Source: Macrostomum hystrix (lineage: Eukaryota; Animalia; Platyhelminthes). Taken from it: a stretch of DNA of 64,000 bases. The notes beneath the pieces were generated by a model. It saw only the letters and a program-made list of their open reading frames with translations. It made no database searches and was not told the DNA's origin. Location of the stretch: positions 8,990,001 to 9,054,000 of the forward strand of contig CATNEN010000003.1 in NCBI GenBank assembly GCA_950097015.1, read 5' to 3'. The translations under genes and the position numbers were made by a program. Of this stretch, positions 34,744-48,800 are shown piece by piece; position 1 is the first letter of the stretch; each line of letters opens with the position of its first letter.

Positions 34744-37019
34744 GAATTGCATATTTTACTTATCATTTTTGACCTTTTATTTCACTCTAAACTCTAAACT
34801 TTTAAGCTACCTTGTTTTGAATTCGCGCCAAAATATGTTTTCCTACTGCTAGTAGTTCTATTAGGTTACATCATCTTTGGCGTGAATTTGAATTCGAAAA
34901 AAGAAACGAAAATGATCAGAAACGAAACAGTAATTTCTTTCCATTTTTTATCTGCTTACCCGTTCCATGCTTGTTAGCTTTTGATAAATATATATGTTAG
35001 CTGGTGTCATTTTAACTTGCCTTTGTTCAGCAAGTCAATTGTGTTCTCTCACTCACTCACCACACACACCTGAATAGTAGCTGACCTGAAATCCTCCGCC
35101 TAATGATAATTGGTTGCCTATGACCATCGTGTACTATTATCAATACAATGAATGTTTTCCTTCGAGAAACGTATAAGTGTTAATTCTATTATGCTTTTTT
35201 ATGATAAAGAAATTTAAGTACTCAGGTTTTTCTATTCACACAAAAAGCTTTCGTTCTTATATACTAAGGTAGACTTTAATACTTGCGTCGCAAACCAAAT
35301 GCCAATAAGCTTATAAATAAAATTATTTGTTATATTGACATGCTTGTTGACTAACGAAAAACGCCTTGTTACTGATAGCATACAGAAAATAAGTTTTGAT
35401 GTTTAATAAATTAAAATATTATTAAACTTATTATAACCGAAACTATTAACAAAATTATTAGATTTTCACTCACAACAACAACAATACACTGTTTTGAAGT
35501 ATGAAAGAGAAACAACTTTCTCTGCACTACACAAGAAAGTTAGATCAGTTTTTTCATTCTGAGTTTGTATTTGTCCTGTTTTTTTGCCACGGAAGTTTTT
35601 CCGTATTCTGCTACTGCATTAATGATTTTTTCACTTCCTCTTTGCCTTTGAGTGTTGTACAGTGTTTGAAAGTCACACGCAATTTCAATGTCATGTGTCG
35701 CTAATTTTGCTGGTTTACTTCTAGACTAATAGCAAAAAAATCAAAATATTTAGTATTGGGATAGTGCTTTCTATTTAATAAACAATTTCCTTTATCTTCT
35801 CGCTCGCTGATTGGCTAGAAGTAAGCTAGGAACTAGGCTAAAATCAAACGAAGAAGATTCAATGTACATTAAAGTACATTCCTGAGCCTAGAGCTTCTCT
35901 CACCCGTCAATTAATTGAGCGGGCAGCGCCTCTGTTTTTACGAGGGACGAGGTTTTCTTATCTCAAGACAAGCCTCGCTCGCTGATTGGCTTGTGAAAAG
36001 CGCCCTTTTACTATAGACGAGATCTTTTATATAATGCACATTTAATTTTGTCAAGTACTTGCTAGCCCACTGACAAGCCTTGTTCACTTATAGGCCTGGG
36101 GCACCTCTGACCTACGATTTTTTAATTTTAACAACTTAATTTATCAATAATTTTCCGACCCCATAGGCTAGTGGCGGCGTCTCTTTTTTCCGAAGAGACG
36201 AAGTTTAAATGTGTACATTCGATTGTCGCTCGCTGATTGGTTGTTGGCCGATGAACAATATCTAATGTGTATCCTATCCTTATCTGCACTTCAATATCAT
36301 GATACATTTACTGAACACATTAGTCCAATGTACTTTTAAGTTGGTTTATTGTGATTCGATTGTAGCTTAGGTTTTCTTTGCTTGAAATTTAATCAGAGCA
36401 AAGATCTTATACTCGCAGTAATTTTTCTGGAAGCATACACTATTGTGCATTATTATTGTCCTAATGTATTCCATGGATATGACTTGTGCTTTCCTTGAAA
36501 TAAATTGTATGGGCTGATGAGAACAGTAAATAGATCTTGTTGTGCACTGTCAATAAATTTAATTTAATTTTTACTTGCATATTTACTTCAGAAAATATAT
36601 TTATTCAGCTACAGTTTGGTATGCTCACATCAGTTCAACATTGACAAACGATTGGGAGCGTTTTGTAATGTAAAATACAGGCGTACAGGTATCCAAAAAA
36701 TACTTGAACTATTTGTTATGGATCTGATTATGTGCTTTAATTATACGATTAAATTGCTTATGCCTTTTCATGCTTTAAGATTGTGAAAAATCTTCGCGAT
36801 TAAAAAAAGATATTTTTATTACTTTCGATTCAAGCCTAAAAATGTCTAGAAGCCCGTCAAATTTAGTTGGTTTATAACTAATAGCCGATATGTATCGAAA
36901 TTTATATACCTTGCACATCTATTAAAGAAAAAAAATGAAATGCGAAACAAATTAACAAATCTTTCAGATAGAACATTTCTGACTGACGTAGCAACTGGAA
37001 CGATAGACTCTTAAATTAG

Positions 37020-37280
37020 CCTGGTGTACTGTACTGACAGACTGATGTGCTGACAGACTGATGTGCTGACAGACTGATGTACTGACAGACTGATGTGCTG
37101 ACAGACTGATGTGCTGACAGACTGATGTACTGACAGACTGATGTGCTGACAGACTGATGTGCTGACAGACTGATGTGCTGACAGTGATCTACTGCCAGAC
37201 TGGTGTACTGACACTGGTGTGCTGACAGACTGGTGTACTGACAGATTGTCAAACTGACAGATTGTCAAACTGACAGATTC
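37020..37280. repeat. 16-bp minisatellite (CTGACAGACTGATGTG)
   Basis: Tandem array. Confidence 0.93.
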
Positions 37281-37489
37281 CATAACAGACAGAGAAGTCC
37301 TATTTAGTTGAGAGTCAAAATCGGAAAGATAATAAATTGTAAATTAGGACAACGTTAAACACTGTATTAACCAGAAGCCAACTTTGGTCTTAATTCTTTT
37401 CCATGAAAGGTTCGTCAGTTTTATTTAATTTTCCACAACTTCCACCAACACCAGGCAATCACTACTTCAGGTAGTCAATAGTAATTTTT

Positions 37490-38098
37490 TCAGCATTCGG
37501 TCAGGCATTCTCGTCTGCAGGCATCGAACTCGCGACTGTCGGCATCTTGACGGTCGCAGTTGTGCTTAGTTGAACAGTCTGTGAACTTCTTGTAGGCGTC
37601 AGGTTTCAGCAGTTGGCTTAAGCGACAGTTGGCAGAGCAGATGATCTTTGGCTGACTAGCTGGGCATTGCATTTCGCACACCAGCACATTGTACTGCTGC
37701 AACTGGTCCAGCTGCGGTTGAGCCATCAACTCGGTGTTGAATGCCTCTCGACGGCAGCTGCGAATATCTTTGAGGCTCCTGTCGTCGGCGCTGCAGCCTG
37801 CCTGTTCGACCAGCTTGTCGTAGGCGTCAGCTTTGGCCGGGTCGGTCAGTAGGAATCGATGAAAGCAGCCGATGCGGCAGCTGATGCGCTTCAGAGGACT
37901 GTCGACTTCATTGCCGGAGCAGCGATTGGTCAGGCATTCCAGCAGGGACTGACGAGCTGCTGTCAGCTGCGATCGGCAGTAGATGCTTTGCCGGTCCGCC
38001 CAGATTGCTCGCAATCTCAAACGGACACCCGAGGCGGTGTCCACGGACACTAGCACAACTGTTGCTACTACTAGAAGCAAAACTGTCATTGGCTTCAT
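37490..38098 (-). CDS. Intronless secreted cysteine-rich protein, 202 aa, two internal repeats, unknown family
   Basis: Signal peptide MKPMTVLLLVVATVVLVSVDTASG, 16 Cys, GC-rich codon usage like neighbouring genes, TATAAATA at 38193-38186 and AATAAA at 37425-37420. Confidence 0.9.
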   Translation of the reverse strand: MKPMTVLLLVVATVVLVSVDTASGVRLRLRAIWADRQSIYCRSQLTAARQSLLECLTNRCSGNEVDSPLKRISCRIGCFHRFLLTDPAKADAYDKLVEQAGCSADDRSLKDIRSCRREAFNTELMAQPQLDQLQQYNVLVCEMQCPASQPKIICSANCRLSQLLKPDAYKKFTDCSTKHNCDRQDADSREFDACRRECLTEC

Positions 38099-38734
38099 TT
38101 TCTTCTGGTTTGAGTAGAGCTTTGGATTCGAAATTTCCTGTTTAGTCTCTGAGATTTTTGTGTGTAAAATTAAATCTCTACTGCCTATTTATACATTACC
38201 AACTATTATAAATTCTAGAAACTATGTAACTCTATACTTTCACTTTGTCATTTGTCATGAGCATCTTACAATTAAATTCCTAACGACGGATACTGTCTTG
38301 TGTTTCACTTTTCCACAATCTTCAATTCTCCCAATTTCCATATTTGGTTATAGTCCGGGAGCAGTTCTCGCTTTTGCTGCTCTAGCACAGGGATATTGGA
38401 TTTCTGCTTAAGTGGATTATTGCAGTTTGGCCACTCATTTCTGATTGATTTCTCTTTCTTTGAGTAAGATTGATATTCGAGTGGTCTCATGAAAATAGGC
38501 AAATCATTTGAGCAAATATCAAGTTTCTGATTCTTCAGCTAAAAAATTTCTTTACAATCATTGCTATAAATCCTGATTACAATTGAAACTAATTTATTTT
38601 TCGTTTAAACTCTAGCATGTTAGATTGAAAATGCTTCGTGTGCTACTTTCAAATCCACTCTTAGTAGAGCGAAGCACATTTTACCTAAGAAAACTATACA
38701 TACTCTGTCAAAAAAATTGAAATATTAAAAGGAT

Positions 38735-38828
38735 CTCTAGGAGGGCTGCGGGCAATGGCCCATCATTCGGTGACACTAGACCCCGGAGGCAATTCTGTCC
38801 ATTTCGTTTACTCCTGAGCACACGCACA

Positions 38829-38874
<46 letters not shown>

Positions 38875-38990
38875 AGGTGTGTACATCTGCCATGACTTTC
38901 GTATCGACCTTCGGGGCTCCGCCCCAAATAAATGTAGCCTTAGCCGCGGATTCGAGCTCAGGACCTTGATGCCAGAGGCAAATGCATTCA
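38735..38990 (-). mobile_element. SINE-like repeat (family A) with an expanded (CA)n microsatellite
   Basis: Same blocks as 3445-3720; (CA)n at ~38830-38873. Confidence 0.8.
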
Positions 38991-39554
38991 GCCTACTCAC
39001 CAACCCGTTTTTTTCTCATCGCAATAGCAGCATATCTTATTATATAGCATATTGCACCTGCTAAATTGCATATTTACAGTCGAGTTTTTCTGTATTCGCC
39101 ACTCATCCCATCCGATAAATTGTTCAACAATAGCGAAGGGTAGCTGCTTCTCATCGTTCTCATTCTCATTACCTCGCCTGTCAGTCAACTGAAATAATCA
39201 AGTGGGATAGAATGAGAATCTTGTAAGGCCTAGCAATTAACAGAATATACACTCTGGTGTTGAAAGTCAAGTGTTTGACGGACGTTTAACATGAGCATTT
39301 GATAATATTGCTTGCCGGACTCGTATTAGCATTTTTAATTGGCGTTCTACCTGTCTGAGTAGAAATATGCCACTGCTAAAACTCACTGCTTCAGTGCAGT
39401 ATAAAAGTACAAAAGTACTTTCTAGGATCTGCAGTAGCCCCAGTGATAAACCCGAATTAATACGTTTTAGCCTAACGGGAATGAGAAGAGAGGAGAGCAT
39501 AACCAATGTCAATAAAAAATGCATTAGTTGTGCCAATAAAAAAATAAAACTTTT

Positions 39555-41005
39555 CAAAATCTCATCGCTGTAGAATGGCAGTTTCTAAATCTCATCCCTG
39601 TAGAATGGCCGTTTTAAAATCTCATCCCTGTAGAATGGCCGTTTTAAAATCTCATCCATAAAATGATCGTTTTAGAAATCTTTCCCACCCATAGAATGAC
39701 CATTCTAAAAGTCTCAACCATAAAATGGCTTTTTCAAAATCTTATTCCTATAGAATGAATGACCATTTCAAAATCTTATCCCTATAGAATGAATGACCAT
39801 TTCAAAATCTTATCCCTATAGAATGAATGACCATTTCAAAATCTTATCCCTATAGAATGAATGACCATTTCAAAATCTTATCCCTATAGAATGAATGACC
39901 ATTTCAAAATCTCACCCATAGAATGACAGTTTCAAAATCTCACACATAGAATGACCATTTCAAAATCTCACCCATAGAATGACCATTTCAAAATCTCACC
40001 CATAGAATGACAGTTTCAAAATCTCACCCATAGAATGACAGTTTCAAAATCTCACACATAGAATGTCCATTTCAAAATCTAACCCATAGAATGACCATTT
40101 CAAAATCTCACCCATAGAATGACCATTTCAAAATCTCACCCATAGAATGACCATTTCAAGATCTCACCCATAGAATGACAGTTTCAAAATCTCACCCATA
40201 GAATGACCATTTCAAAATCTCACCCTTAGAATGACCATTTCAAAACCTCACCCATAGAATGACAGTTTCAAAATCTCACCCATAGAATGAGTTTCAAAAT
40301 CTCACCCATAGAATGACCATTTCAAAATCTCACCCATAGAATGACCATTTCAAAATCTCACCCATAGAATGACAGTTTCAAAATCTCACACATAGAATGA
40401 CCATTTCAAAATCTCACCCATAGAATGACCATTTCAAAATCTCACCCATAGAATGACAGTTTCAAAATCTCACCCATAGAATGACCATTTCAAAATCTCA
40501 CCCATAGAATGACAGTTTCAAAATCTCACCCATAGAATGACAGTTTCAAAATCTCACCCATAGAATGACAGTTTCAAAATCTCACCCATAGAATGACCAT
40601 TTCAAAATCTCACCCATAGAATGACAGTTTCAAAATCTCACACATAGAATGACCATTTCAAAATCTCACCCATAGAATGACCATTTCAAAATCTCACCCA
40701 TAGAATGACAGTTTCAAAATCTCACCCATAGAATGACAGTTTCAAAATCTCACCCATAGAATGACCATTTCAAAATCTCACCCATAGAATGACCATTTCA
40801 AAACCTCACCCATAGAATGACAGTTTCAAAATCTCACCCATAGAATGACCATTTCAAAATCTCACCCATAGAATGACAGTTTCAAAATCTCACCCATAGA
40901 ATGACAGTTTCAAAATCTCACCCATAGAATGACAGTTTCAAAATCTCATCCCTGGATTGCTGTTTAGAAATCTCACCCATAGAATGATCGTTTCAGAAAT
41001 CTCAC
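39555..41005. repeat. 28-bp minisatellite (CATAGAATGACCATTTCAAAATCTCACC)
   Basis: Long tandem array. Confidence 0.97.
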
Positions 41006-41694
41006 CCTGAAAACGACCCTACGAAGGAGAAAAAAGACAAATTACCCAAGAAAGTTCATTAGTTATTTTCAAGAACAATTGTGAGCTCGGCACACTTAGC
41101 TAAATGTGTTTTTATTTCAGCACACTCAAAATGACAGGCATAGCGAAGGCGATAAAGTTTTTGTTGCTACATGCATTTTTAAGGGGAGGAAAGTAAAAAA
41201 CATTTTTTTCAAGCTAGGTAGGTATTTTCTTAGAAACTTAAGAAAAAAAACGCGTAGATTTATTAGAAAGTTTTGCATTAATGCTTATTATAATATAAAT
41301 CAATTATATTGACGATCAAAATTAGATTCTTAAGCATAAATTTCAAATGAATTACTAAGCAAAGCTGATACATATTTGTTTATATATAATAATTTTATTG
41401 ACAACAACATCAACAAAATGATTACAACGCGAACACAGAGATGAAATGACTTATAAGTAAATAATTACATTTATTGACACCGCCTAAAATTGCTTTCAAA
41501 ATAACCGAGCAACGATTAAAATGTACTTCAAGCGATGCTTTGCGAGTAATAAACTAGTAAATGTACTTTAAGCAAACCATTAAATCTGAAAACTGCAGAA
41601 CTGCACAAAGTGGGTTTTTTAAGTAAATTTTTTATTTCAATTGTCAATAAAATGAGTATAAATTGAATTCACCTATGAATTAAGTCTTTAGACT

Positions 41695-42732
41695 TAATCA
41701 AACAGATTGGAATCAGTTAAAATGGGATCAAAATGATTGGGATCAGTTAGGATGGGATCAAACTGATTGGGATCAGTTAGGATGGGATCAAACTGATTGG
41801 GATCAGTTAGGATGGGATCAAACTGATTGGGATCAGTTAGGATGGGATCAAACTGATTGGGATCAGTTAGGATGGGATCAAACTAATTGAGATCAGTTAG
41901 GATGGGATCAAACAGATTGGAATCAGTTAAAATGTGATCAAAATGATTGTGATCAGTTAAGATGGGATCAAACTGATTGGGATCAGTTAAGATGGGATCA
42001 AACTGATTGGGATCAGTTAAGATGGGATCAAACTGATTGGGATCAGTTAAAATGTGATCAAAATGATTGGAATCAGTTAAAATGTGATCAAACTGATTGG
42101 AATCAGTTAAAATGTGATCAAAATGATTGTGATCAGTTAAGATGGGATCAAACTGATTGGGATCAGTTAAGATGGGATCAAAATGATTGTGATCAGTTAA
42201 GATGGGATCAAACTGATTGGGATCAGTTAGGATGGGATCAAACTGATTGGGATCAGTTAAGATGGGATCAAACTGATTGGGATCAGTTAGGATGGGATCA
42301 AACTGATTGGGATCAGTTAGGATGGGATCAAACTAATTGAGATCAGTTAGAATGGGATCAAACAGATTGGAATCAGTTAAAATGTGATCAAAATGATTGT
42401 GATCAGTTAAGATGGGATCAAACTGATTGGGATCAGTTAAGATGGGATCAAACTGATTGGGATCAGTTAAGATGGGATCAAACTGATTGGGATCAGTTAA
42501 AATGTGATCAAAATGATTGGAATCAGTTAAAATGTGATCAAACTGATTGGAATCAGTTAAAATGTGATCAAAATGATTGTGATCAGTTAAGATGGGATCA
42601 AACTGATTGGGATCAGTTAAGATGGGATCAAAATGATTGTGATCAGTTAAGATGGGATCAAACTGATTGGGATCAGTTAGGATGGGATCAAACTGATTTG
42701 GATCAGTTAGGATGGGATCAAACTGATTGGGA
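41695..42732. repeat. 30-bp minisatellite (GATCAGTTAGGATGGGATCAAACTGATTGG)
   Basis: Tandem array with internal inverted ATCAGTT/AACTGAT. Confidence 0.97.
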
Positions 42733-42880
42733 ATAGAATGATTGACATTTGATCATATTAACTAAGATTAGTATTTAATAACTAAGTAAGAATTACATGG
42801 GATAAAACTGTCAGGTTGGGATCAAAAGCCGCATATCTTATCAGTCCAAATTGACGACACGCGCAAAAAGGATGTAGCAT

Positions 42881-45800
42881 TCAAACGAAGCCGAAGCCCT
42901 TGGTCTGTATGGCCAACAGCAGTTTGGCTCGCAGTACAGTCTTGGCACTGTACAGCGGAATGTACAGCCTACTGATGCAGGTGTTGGCAGTCGGTAGATG
43001 ATTATCTTCGGCTGGTCGGACAGTCACGCTGGGCATTGGTTGAAAGCCTTCAGCGCTGGCTGGCAGAGCTGGACTAGACGTCCAGAAGTACAGCAGATCC
43101 TGGCGCTGCTGATGATTCAGTTTGGCCACGGCTGACCAGAACCATTTCTTGAAGCGGGCGACACGTTCGGCCGGCTCGCCGGATTCGTCGTTGAAGCTGG
43201 TGTACCGCTGCAAGGCGCACAGATCGATCTCGCCAACTCCGCAGAGTAGCAAGCGAAAATCTTCAGCTGTCAGGCCGTCCAAAGCTGTCCGAGGCAGCAC
43301 GTCGAATAGGCCGGAGCGAAGCTGTTCCAGCGGCTCCTGGGCGGCTTTTAATAGTTTGTACTCGCACACCTTGGCTACGTATTCCTGGATGTTGGACTTG
43401 TTGACGTAGGTCTGGAGGATTTGGGCGATTGACGTCATAATTTAATAATATAAATAATATAATGTTCATTGATTACACCTGCCCAAATTTGGTCGTAAGG
43501 CTGCGTACGGCTGTTCAGTCCATGGACTGGAGGGACGCCACAACCACCCTTAATTACTCTGGCAGCTAATGCTGGTACTCATTTAACAGCTGGATGAACT
43601 GAAGCAATGCAGAGTTAAGCATCTTGCTAATGCACACAAATTCCGAATGGACACATTCTTGCTAATGGAGTCGGGATTCGGGAATCGAACCCCCGACCTT
43701 CAAGTCGCGAGTCCAAACACTAACCACTAGGCTACAAGCCCCGCTTATAAGCGGATTGCTCAGAAAGCAGTTTAAGGTTTGGAGAGAGAATGACAGTTAA
43801 TACTACGACTGCTACTAGTACTATACCTACTAATAGTACTATGAATATAAGTCTACTGCTAGTAGTACTAATACGCTCGTACTGTCAGGATACTAAAAAG
43901 TCCGGCTAGAAATACTGGTAAAACATTTTAGAGCTGGGTAAGAACTGAAGCACTATTTAATCAAGCTAAAGAATATTTTTGGTGCGATTCGAACTCCCGA
44001 CCTCTCGATTAGAAGTCCGAAGCTCTAACCAATTGGCTAAAGGTTTCTTTTAAGTTCATTAACACAAGAAAATTGTTAACTAGCCGTTGATATGACTATA
44101 CTAATACTAATAATAATAATATTAATAAAACACACTCACCTGATGACCATTGTGAATGAGTGACTGAGTGCCACCGCCCTCCTCAGGCCTGAGGTCAACA
44201 GTGAAGGTCAGGTCCATAGAGGCCAGGGTATCTGGTTCAGTTTCGGCATAGACTAACAGTTGTCGGAGGCTCTCGTAGGTGGTTGGACAATAGAAGGCCA
44301 TGTCGTGAAAGTGCATCCGCCGGCCAAGCAGGTACTTGAGCACGTGACGGCACAGCTGCAGCGGGCAGAGGTCGTTCTGCAGCAGGCAGAGGCCCATGAC
44401 ACGGCCGACATTGCGGTAGGCGCAGTTTACAACTGACGATTTGCGGACTCTGACAGATAGGGAGGTTGAGGAGACGACAGATGACAATATTGTTGAGGCT
44501 TAATTATGGGATAATTCTCCTCATCTACTCTCCAGCCTTGTGCCGGGGCGAAAGTGGATTACACTTGAGCACGATTTGGTATGTAGCTTGAGATTGAATT
44601 AGTTGTAAAAAACAAGCTCGGCATAATTACATACTTTATTCGTCACGCTAAGGTAGGAATTTTCTGGGTCTAGTTAACCAGCGGAGGTTGTAGCCTAGTG
44701 GAGGTTTGGGTAAGAGCATCGCAATCACGACTTGAAGGTCAGGGGTTCGATTCCTGATTCCACTGGAACAACTTGTGTCTTTTAGCATGACATGAAATAT
44801 TGAATGAATGAATGAATAAATGAATGGATGAATGAAAGAATGAATGAAACATTGAATGTATGAATGAATGAATGAATAATCAAACCTTGGCGAATAGTAT
44901 CCTCGCTTGCCGGGCTGCCAGAACAGCGGGCACAGTTCCTCCTCTTCTTCTTTGCTCATCGAGGAAGACTGCCCGGCAACCATCGCTTCGATCAGTGACG
45001 ACACTCCGCTAGAACCCGTAGCTGTTGAATTGGCCGTGGCAGCCCCAGACACTGGAGCCTGGTGCACCTCCTGTTCGTCGATGATCTCTTTAGCTTCGTC
45101 CACTCGCTGACGAAGGCCCTCTTCGTTGGCCAGCAACAACAGCAGGTGGGAGCTTGGCAAATCTAGCAGCATACCGGTGATCTTACCTGCGTGATCTGGC
45201 TGCATCTGGGCCACCTGGGAATACGGATTTGTTAAATGGATTAGTACCGTAATCGCACTAGTGATGCGAGATTAGGACACAATACTTAACAATGAGCAGT
45301 GGGCTGGAAATTGAGAAATAGACTAGAAATCTAACACCCTATTAGATGAGAATAGACTAGAAATCACACTCCCTATTAGATGACAAATAGACTAGAAATC
45401 ACACTCCCTATTAGATGACAAATAGACTAGAAATCACACTCCCTATCAGATAATAAATAGACTAGAAATCACACCCACTATTAGATGAGAAATAGACTAG
45501 AAATCACACCCACTATTAGATGAGAAATAGACTAGAAATCACACTCCCTATTAGATAAGAAATAGACTAGAAATCACACTCCCTATTAGATGAGAAATAG
45601 ACTAGAAATCACACTCCCTATTAGATAAGAAATAGACTAGAAATCACACTCCCTATTAGATAAGAAATAGACTAGAAATCACACTCCCTATTAGATGAGA
45701 AATAGACTAGAAATCACACTCCCTATTAGATAAGAAATAGACTAGAAATCACACTCCCTATAAGATGAGAAATAGACTAGAAATCACACTCCCTATTAGA

Positions 45801-48800
45801 TGAGAAATAGACTAGAAATCACACTCCCTATTAGATGAGATATAGACTAGAAATCACACCCACTATTAGATGAGAAATAGACTAGAAATCACACTCCCTA
45901 TTAGATAAGAAATAGACTAGAAATCACACTCCCTATAAGATGAGAAATAGACTAGAAATCACACTCCCTATTAGATGAGATATAGACTAGAAATCACACC
46001 CACTATTAGATGAGAATAGACTAGAAATCACACTCCCTATTAGATAAGAAATAGACTAGAAATCACACTCCCTATAAGATGAGAAATAGACTAGAAATCA
46101 CACTCCCTATTAGATGAGATATAGACTAGAAATCACACCCACTATTAGATGAGATATAGACTAGAAATCACACCCAATATTAGATGAGATATAGACTAGA
46201 AATCACACCCACTATTAGATGAGATATAGACTAGAAATCTCCCACAATTATATGAGCAAGAAATGCTATCACATCCCATTTTAGGCGAGAAATTAGCTAG
46301 AAATCCCACATGCTGCAAAAAGAGAAGTAAACTACAAATGTGACACCTATTGAACAAGAGTTTAACCTGAAACCCGACTAAACGCAAAATGAAGTCACAC
46401 AATTATACCCTGGAAAAGGTACTTTTTAAAAATACACTTTTGTCGCCGAAAGTGTCAAATTTAAAGGAATCAATAAATAATCAATACAGATCCTGCTTTT
46501 TTCTGCCCACTAAAAGCAATCCAAACAAACCTTAGGAAACAGGCGATCGCCAATCTGTCGCTTGCGGCCGGCGCTGCTTGCCGGTGTGTAGGGCGCCGCA
46601 GAATAGGACAGGGTGCGACCGTAACGACGCATTCGTTGGCTAACCGCTGTGCGGCTATTATAAGAGGTTCGATTGCTGTAGACGGCCTCCAGACTAGGTA
46701 GGCGCTCCTCGCTAGAGACAGCTTCAACGAATGCGGTGTAGAAACTTCTGGCCACGCCGGAGCCTTCACCGGCTTCGTCCTTGAATGTGACCTTGACTCG
46801 GTGGCAAGCCAGGGCAGGATTTGAGCCGCCTTGTCGGCGATAGAATTCCTGGTTGAGCTGTTTGAAAGTCTGTGGCAATAGACTCTGGCGATCGCGCTCA
46901 ACCTGCGGATGCGTTTGAGTTGGGATAAATTGGGATTTACCAATCAGTTGGGATAATTTATCAACAATTGAATTCAATCGAAAGTACAGAATTTTAAATA
47001 ATAAAGATTCGTTAAGGTTAATTTATTTTTAGAGGGGTTCAATGGAATTTTAGAGGGGGTCAATGGATTTTTAGAGAGGGGTCAATGGATTTTTAGAGAG
47101 GGGTCAATGGGTTTTTAGAGAGGGGTCAATGGATATTTAGAGGGGGTCCATGGATTTTTAGAGAGGGGGTCAATGGATTTTTAGAGAGGGGTCAATGGAT
47201 TTTTAGAGAGGGGGTCAATGGATTTTTGGAGAGGGGGTCAATGGATTTTTAGAGAGGGGGGTCAATGGATTTTTAGAGAGTGGGGGTCAATGGATTTTTT
47301 AGAGAGGGGGGTCAATGGATTTTTAGAGAGGGGGTCAATGGATTTTTAGAGAGGAGGTCAATGGATTTTTAGAGGGGGTCAATGGATTTTTAAGAGGGGT
47401 GTCAATGGATCTTTACAGATGGAGTCAAAGGACTTTTAGAGGGGTCAATGGATTTTTAACAGGGGGTCAGTTAGGGGGTCAGTAAGAAATATTAGCATTG
47501 AAAAATCAATGAAAATATATTCAGATAGGTGGTCAATGCTAGCATTGATAGACAGTGAATCAATATTGAGATATTCAGATAAGGCTAATGTGAAGATAAT
47601 GAGTTGTTCACAAACAGCATAGCTAAACAAGAGACTAGTTGTGAGTCATCGACAGAAAAAGGTAGTTGAAAAAATCTTTTTCAAAGAAGCAAAAAAACTA
47701 GATAATTATGCGGCTAAAAACATTCTCAAAAACACTGTTCCCTAGAAGTCTGAGCAGGTACCGCTAAAATCTGACAATTCCTTTATTTAGAAGAAAGCTA
47801 AGGCAAAGGTAAAAATTCTCTGTGAGAATTTCTTGAGAATAGAGAGAACATTTTGAAAGTCGGCAGAACAGAGAAGGCGGTGACCACCGCCCACGCAATA
47901 ATTAAAATGCAATATGGACCGACGAAGGAACATACGCACACAAGTCTAGAGATAAATGAAGTGGAAAATTTGTTTGAGAGAGAATGCAACGTAGGAATGA
48001 AGGGATGGTGGGGTTACGCAATACGTCGCTGGTGCCGTATTTGTCGGATGACTGACCAGTCCAATTTAATTTTTTCTCTCGCTCTTTGTTCTTTCCCAAA
48101 TTCGCGATATTTTATTGTAGAATATTTCAACGACGGATTTAGTAGATCGAACATGAAGCGTTTGCTTTTAATGTTGCCAGATCAATTGCATGTACTACCA
48201 TTGTAATATAGCACACATGCTAAAGAGGGAATCTTGAATAGAACAGTGGGTCGGATTGACATACGGGATAAAACTATGTAGAGATTAGACAGGAGGGAGA
48301 TGAGACAGGGGGATATGAGACAGGGGAGATGAGACAGGGGAGATGAGACAGGGGAGATGAGACAGGGGGAGATGAGACAAGGGGGGGTAAGACGGAGGAG
48401 AGATGAGACAGGGAAGAGATGAGACGAGGAGATGAGAACGGGGAGAGATAAGACAAGCGAGGGATGTCCCCTCCACTGAGTCTATTCGCCCCTCTGCTCT
48501 CACATTAAAAACGAACCTGGCTGGTTCGCTATTTCAATAGGACATATTGTCTAATATAATTAAAAAACGATGATGCAATAGCGTTGAAGAGAAGGCATTA
48601 GCCAGATTCCTGATAACATCTGTGTTACGGGTAGAGAGCAAATCTGTATTCGTGTATATATTTATCCTTGTTAGTTATTACGTAATATGGAGAATACGCT
48701 GGCTTTTAGTAACTGATGAGCTTTGGAATGCAAATATTGAATGAGAATAAAATTCAAGGTACCTCCGTCACACATAGCTCGTCCATTACCTAGATGAAAC

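Noticed and set aside
43680-43742. tRNA-like sequences with A/B boxes (also 3355, 23790, 43985, 44685)
   Set aside because: No convincing cloverleaf; the copies are diverged and attached to a shared body, so they are SINE heads rather than tRNA genes.
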